A stretch of 64,000 nt of DNA, from the sequence record PP496443.1; one strand, given 5' to 3'. The stretch's first letter is position 1, and each line of letters begins with the position of its first letter. Shown here in pieces: positions 60,062 to 64,000 of the stretch. The notes below the pieces were generated by a model. It worked only from the letters and a program-made list of their open reading frames with translations, ran no database searches and was not told where the DNA came from. Position numbers and translations under genes: made by a program.

Positions 60062-61650
60062 TGAGGCGTACTCGGCGGCGGGTGTTCAAGCCGTTCATTG
60101 AGTGCAATGCCATCTGGCTGCCGAAAAGCCAGGTGTACATGAGCACCGTGAAGCGGCTCTTCACGTTGGAGCTGGAGGACAAGCAAGTCAAGTCCAAGAA
60201 GCGTGAAGACCGGATGTACGAAGTGCAGGTGTTCCGTACGAGGAACTGGCACGGGGAGGAGATCGTCGGCCTGCCACTGGGTGACAAGAAGCGTGTGCGT
60301 CAATGTCTGATGGACAAGCACGCGGTCAACGACGCGATAGATATGCGTCCGAAGTTCGACGATGTAAGAATCAAGGCGTGCTCAACCAGTATCGTGCTGC
60401 GGGACTACCAAGATCCCGCCGTTCGCACCTTCACGACAAAGGAAATGGTCAGCGGCGTACTGCGTGCACGCCCTCGTTCCGGCAAAACGGTGATGGGTGT
60501 AGAGATCGCCATCCGTAACCGGGTGAAGACTCTGGTGCTGGTTCACCAGTCCGATCTGCTCAAGCAATTCAAGCGTGACACCTTCGACGCGTTGACTGCT
60601 GCGGGCATGCGCTCCAAGATCTGCAAAACGTGGAAAGACTTTCGGGAAACCGATTTCTGTCTGGCCACGTATCAGTCGTTCCTGAGTCCCGGCGGCAAGA
60701 AGCTACTGCGCCGGATCGCGAACATGTTCGGCCTCGTCCTGACCGATGAGATTCACCGGGCGGCGTCCAAGGAATACAACAACGTTCTCTGTCAGCTGAA
60801 CGCACTCCAGTACATTGGTCTGACCGGTACACCGGATCGTAAAGACGGCAAGTACGACATGATCAACGTGTGCGTAGGTCCTATTCGGATCACGTGCAAG
60901 GCTCCGGCGCTCAAGCCGAAAGTCCAGATGGTGTACACCGATCTTCCGCAGCGGCACTTCGGCGGTAACGGTTGGACCTACATGGTCAAGTACATCGCCA
61001 CCAACAAGGCTCGCAACGAACTGATCGCAGACCATGCGGTCCGGGATATGCTGGCAGGTCATCACGTGGTTATTCCGATCACCATGATCGAACATGGCAA
61101 CCTGTTGGAAGCGCTGATCAGCAAGAAATGGGAGTCCCTTGGCAAGCAATTGCCTGTGGCTGCGCGCTTCGATGGACGACTGCAAGGTAACAAGCGTGAC
61201 GCCGTGCTGGACGACATCCGAGACGGTAAATATGGTTGCACCATTGCCATGCGTTCGATGCTCACAGGCGTCAACGTTCCACGCTGGTCTATGATCTATA
61301 CGGTCATCCCTATTGCCAATGCCCCGACGTACACTCAGGAGGTAACCCGAGTCGGTACTCCAATGGAAGGTAAGAACCGTCCAGTGGTCAAGTGCTTCCT
61401 CGATACCGAGATGACTGCGTGCGTGGCGTGCTTCCGCAAGATGTTCTTTGCGGTCCTCAACATTCGGTCTGACTTCACCGTGTCGTACGGTGTTCTCAAG
61501 TACTTTCACATGTCCGGTCGCACGATTGAGCAGGTGGCGTCAACCCCAGCGTCCAGTGCCCGTGCCCCAAGCTATACCAGAAGCTCGCAGGCCATTACCC
61601 GGACAGCCACTGCTCGGGGTGGGAAGATGCGTGGCTTCGGTGGGAGATAG
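60061..61650 (+). CDS. SF2 DExH helicase (UvsW/XPB-like)
   Basis: ARPRSGKT, TDEIH, LTGTPDRKDG, TGVNVP, QEVTRV. Confidence 0.92.
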   Translation: MRRTRRRVFKPFIECNAIWLPKSQVYMSTVKRLFTLELEDKQVKSKKREDRMYEVQVFRTRNWHGEEIVGLPLGDKKRVRQCLMDKHAVNDAIDMRPKFDDVRIKACSTSIVLRDYQDPAVRTFTTKEMVSGVLRARPRSGKTVMGVEIAIRNRVKTLVLVHQSDLLKQFKRDTFDALTAAGMRSKICKTWKDFRETDFCLATYQSFLSPGGKKLLRRIANMFGLVLTDEIHRAASKEYNNVLCQLNALQYIGLTGTPDRKDGKYDMINVCVGPIRITCKAPALKPKVQMVYTDLPQRHFGGNGWTYMVKYIATNKARNELIADHAVRDMLAGHHVVIPITMIEHGNLLEALISKKWESLGKQLPVAARFDGRLQGNKRDAVLDDIRDGKYGCTIAMRSMLTGVNVPRWSMIYTVIPIANAPTYTQEVTRVGTPMEGKNRPVVKCFLDTEMTACVACFRKMFFAVLNIRSDFTVSYGVLKYFHMSGRTIEQVASTPASSARAPSYTRSSQAITRTATARGGKMRGFGGR

Positions 61651-61652
61651 TT

Positions 61653-61916
61653 ATGCGTATGCTCGTTGTCAAAGGTTACAAGGTCGAGCGTGATATGGAG
61701 GAACTACCCGCGAAGGATAGAGAGTTCGGGGCTAACGATGTCTTCGCCTATTCGTCGGGTCATCCCGGAGATAGCAATATCGAGGCGACTATCAAGGCAG
61801 CGATTGAGTCCCAAGGCTTTACCGAAGCCGACATCATCTCGATCACCATGGTACCATGGCAGGTTAACGGACGTGATCGCGGCAGCAACGACTATCACAT
61901 CTTCCTTCGGGGATAA
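61653..61916 (+). CDS. Small hypothetical protein (87 aa)
   Basis: GGAG RBS; ORF in the operon. Confidence 0.65.
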   Translation: MRMLVVKGYKVERDMEELPAKDREFGANDVFAYSSGHPGDSNIEATIKAAIESQGFTEADIISITMVPWQVNGRDRGSNDYHIFLRG

Positions 61917-61928
61917 GGAAAGCAGGCC

Positions 61929-62576
61929 ATGGCCGTCAATAGCAGTATGATCAAACTCCCCAAGATGGGGAGTGTCACGTTCAAGAAGATGCAAGCGGTC
62001 AACGTGCCGATCCATCGTCTGGCCCAATCCAACATTCAGTTCAACTTGCGAGAGAACTTGCAGGAAGATGTGTTTGTTGAACGCAACAAGGCCAAGGAAG
62101 TAAAAGACATCGTTCGCCACACTGCTGCGTCTCAACTCCGGGCGTGGCAGTTGCTGATGCAAGAACCCTTTGGTGAACCGTACAGCATGTGCGTGTCCAC
62201 CTACGAGTCCGATTTCCTGCCCAAGATGGTAGCCGCCACACTGGTTGCTGCTGCCTTCGATCAGGGCGCCACTGTCAATCAGGTGGCTTGGCACACGATC
62301 ACCGGGGACGCGGTTGACTACATGCTGGTAGATCATCACGCCCGGAAGAAAGATCTGAAGCTGATCGTGCTTGCCAACCTGCCAACGTCCTACGACCACA
62401 CGACCCGGATGGACAGCTCTTTGCTGAAGTATGAGAAGGTGCGGGACATCATCGAGGTGTTCCCCAATGCGGCGGTGTGCGTGGTGTCAACAGGCACCAG
62501 CCCGTCGGACCTGTTTCATAAACTTCAACTTCCTCTGGACATCGCCATCCGCCTGATGGATAAGAGACAACTATGA
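61929..62576 (+). CDS. Possible degenerate DnaC-like helicase loader
   Basis: Directly upstream of and coupled to dnaB; AAA+-like strand order with substituted Walker A (VSTYESDFLPK) and Walker B (LIVLAN). Confidence 0.4.
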   Translation: MAVNSSMIKLPKMGSVTFKKMQAVNVPIHRLAQSNIQFNLRENLQEDVFVERNKAKEVKDIVRHTAASQLRAWQLLMQEPFGEPYSMCVSTYESDFLPKMVAATLVAAAFDQGATVNQVAWHTITGDAVDYMLVDHHARKKDLKLIVLANLPTSYDHTTRMDSSLLKYEKVRDIIEVFPNAAVCVVSTGTSPSDLFHKLQLPLDIAIRLMDKRQL

Positions 62577-64000
62577 AACTGGTTAACCAACCCGCAGAAG
62601 TACGTGCAGTTGTGTCCATCTGTAAGAGCCCAACAAAGCTTCGCTACAAGCTGTTGGCTAACCTCAATGAAACTCACTTCGACTCAGACATCGCCAGCCG
62701 GGCATTCAGTCGTATCTCCACACTGGCCCGGAAGCGCGCCACACTGGTGAGCTGGGAAGACCTGTGTGAAGATCCTACGCTGCCGGACGCCACCAAAGCT
62801 GCGTTGCGTAATGCCAAAGTCAGGCCGATCAAGACCGACAAGGATATGTCCTCGCTGGTAGAGAACCTGACCTACTATCGCAAGTGCCGACTGACCTTCG
62901 AAGCAGCGCAAGCGGCCATCACCTCTTTTCAGACTGATGCGCCGAACGTAGACAACATCGTGGTAAGTCTGGCTAACGCCGTGACTGCTGCTAACACCTC
63001 CATGGCCGTGGACAGCGAGCTGCTCGTCTTCGGTAAGGGCTCCAACTCCAAGGAGATGATCGACGAACTGCTGGACGGGGAGGCACCCGAGGTTATTCCC
63101 TTGGGCTTCTCCGGGTTCGATGACCGCAACGGTGGCCTGTTCCCCGGCTCGCTGGTAATCGTGGCCGGTCCATCTGGTGGGGGTAAGTCGCTGACGGCTG
63201 GTCAGATGGCGATCAACTTCACGGAAGGTGGGTATTCAACCGCTATCGTGCCGTTGGAGATGACCAAGCGTGAGCAGACTGCACGTATCGTCGCAAACCT
63301 TGCGGACATCCCGGTCAACAAGATTCTTACGGGCAAGCTGACGCTCAACGAGAAGAAAAAGATTCGCAAGTCGATGAAGGACTACGAGCGCCGCTGCAAG
63401 AAGCTCGGTTCCTCGTACGCCATCTACGAGCCGGAAGAAGACGTCACCATCGAAAACGTGCTGGGCAACCTTCGCCCGTTCGGCCATCGTGTTGTGATCA
63501 TCGACTACGTGGGTCTGCTGGACGGTGTTGACGGCGATGACTCTTGGAGACAGCTGGGTAAAGCGGCTCGCTACGCCAAGATCTGGGCCAAGCAGAACAA
63601 CGTGCTGGTCATCCTGCTGGCGCAAGCGGCGGAAGATGGTACGCTGCGTTACTCCAAGGTAATGACCGACCATGCCAACAACGCCTTCGTGTGGGTGACC
63701 ACGGAAGAGATGAAGGATCACGGCATCATTCGTGTCATGCAACCTAAGGCACGTAACCATGACCCGGCTCCGTTCTACATCAAGATGCATTGGGGCAGTA
63801 TGAAGTGCGTCGGCCTCACGGATCAGGAAGCCGAGGAACAGATGTCGGCCAGCGGGCATCGCAACGTGGTCAATACGGAACGGCGAGGTGCACGACAAGG
63901 CGGGGATAATTCCGGGAAAGCTGGACGGACCAATAACTTGCGCCGTGAACTGCAAAACCGCAGGCAGCAAATGGGCGGCGGACAGAGACGCGCCGCGTAA
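62573..64000 (+). CDS. dnaB: Replicative DnaB-family helicase
   Basis: AGPSGGGKS Walker A, PLEMTKREQ, VVIIDYVGL, LAQA, KARN; ends exactly at the window end. Confidence 0.92.
   Translation: MKLVNQPAEVRAVVSICKSPTKLRYKLLANLNETHFDSDIASRAFSRISTLARKRATLVSWEDLCEDPTLPDATKAALRNAKVRPIKTDKDMSSLVENLTYYRKCRLTFEAAQAAITSFQTDAPNVDNIVVSLANAVTAANTSMAVDSELLVFGKGSNSKEMIDELLDGEAPEVIPLGFSGFDDRNGGLFPGSLVIVAGPSGGGKSLTAGQMAINFTEGGYSTAIVPLEMTKREQTARIVANLADIPVNKILTGKLTLNEKKKIRKSMKDYERRCKKLGSSYAIYEPEEDVTIENVLGNLRPFGHRVVIIDYVGLLDGVDGDDSWRQLGKAARYAKIWAKQNNVLVILLAQAAEDGTLRYSKVMTDHANNAFVWVTTEEMKDHGIIRVMQPKARNHDPAPFYIKMHWGSMKCVGLTDQEAEEQMSASGHRNVVNTERRGARQGGDNSGKAGRTNNLRRELQNRRQQMGGGQRRAA

Noticed and set aside
51748-64000. 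Inteins or self-splicing introns in polA, helicases or dnaB
   Set aside because: Motif spacing is continuous; no C/S...HN intein ends, LAGLIDADG blocks or frame interruptions seen.

Overview
This 64-kb window looks like part of a large tailed (myovirus/jumbo-like) phage genome of roughly 55-58% GC (estimated by eye). Positions 1-19621 are almost all minus strand: the end of a virion operon (tail sheath, tail completion-like protein, major capsid, decoration-like and scaffold-like proteins), a large divergent family-A-like polymerase-fold gene beside an ~830-bp skewed non-coding region, a run of small accessory genes, RNase H and a UvrD-like helicase. Positions 19749-64000 are all plus strand. 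They hold a catalytically dead NAD-ligase homolog coupled to a ~12-kb biosynthetic cluster (two QueC-like ATP-pyrophosphatases, four Fem/BioF2-type GNAT proteins, a PurD-like ATP-grasp ligase, two SAM-methyltransferase-fold proteins, a KamA-family radical SAM aminomutase). Further on are type IIA topoisomerase subunits, a J-domain protein, a HAD phosphatase, an HNH protein, a sigma-like protein, a DenV-like glycosylase, DNA polymerase A, QueE, a beta-clamp, FolE, an SF2 helicase and DnaB. The top candidate for an undescribed system is that cluster: together with QueE/FolE it suggests a 7-deazaguanine-based, amino-acid-decorated hypermodification of DNA (or of protein/virion). A recurrent intergenic GTAAATR box and a sigma-like gene suggest a phage-specific promoter system. 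No tRNA, rRNA, CRISPR array or IS element could be supported. All functional calls come from motif recognition by eye; no database search was run.
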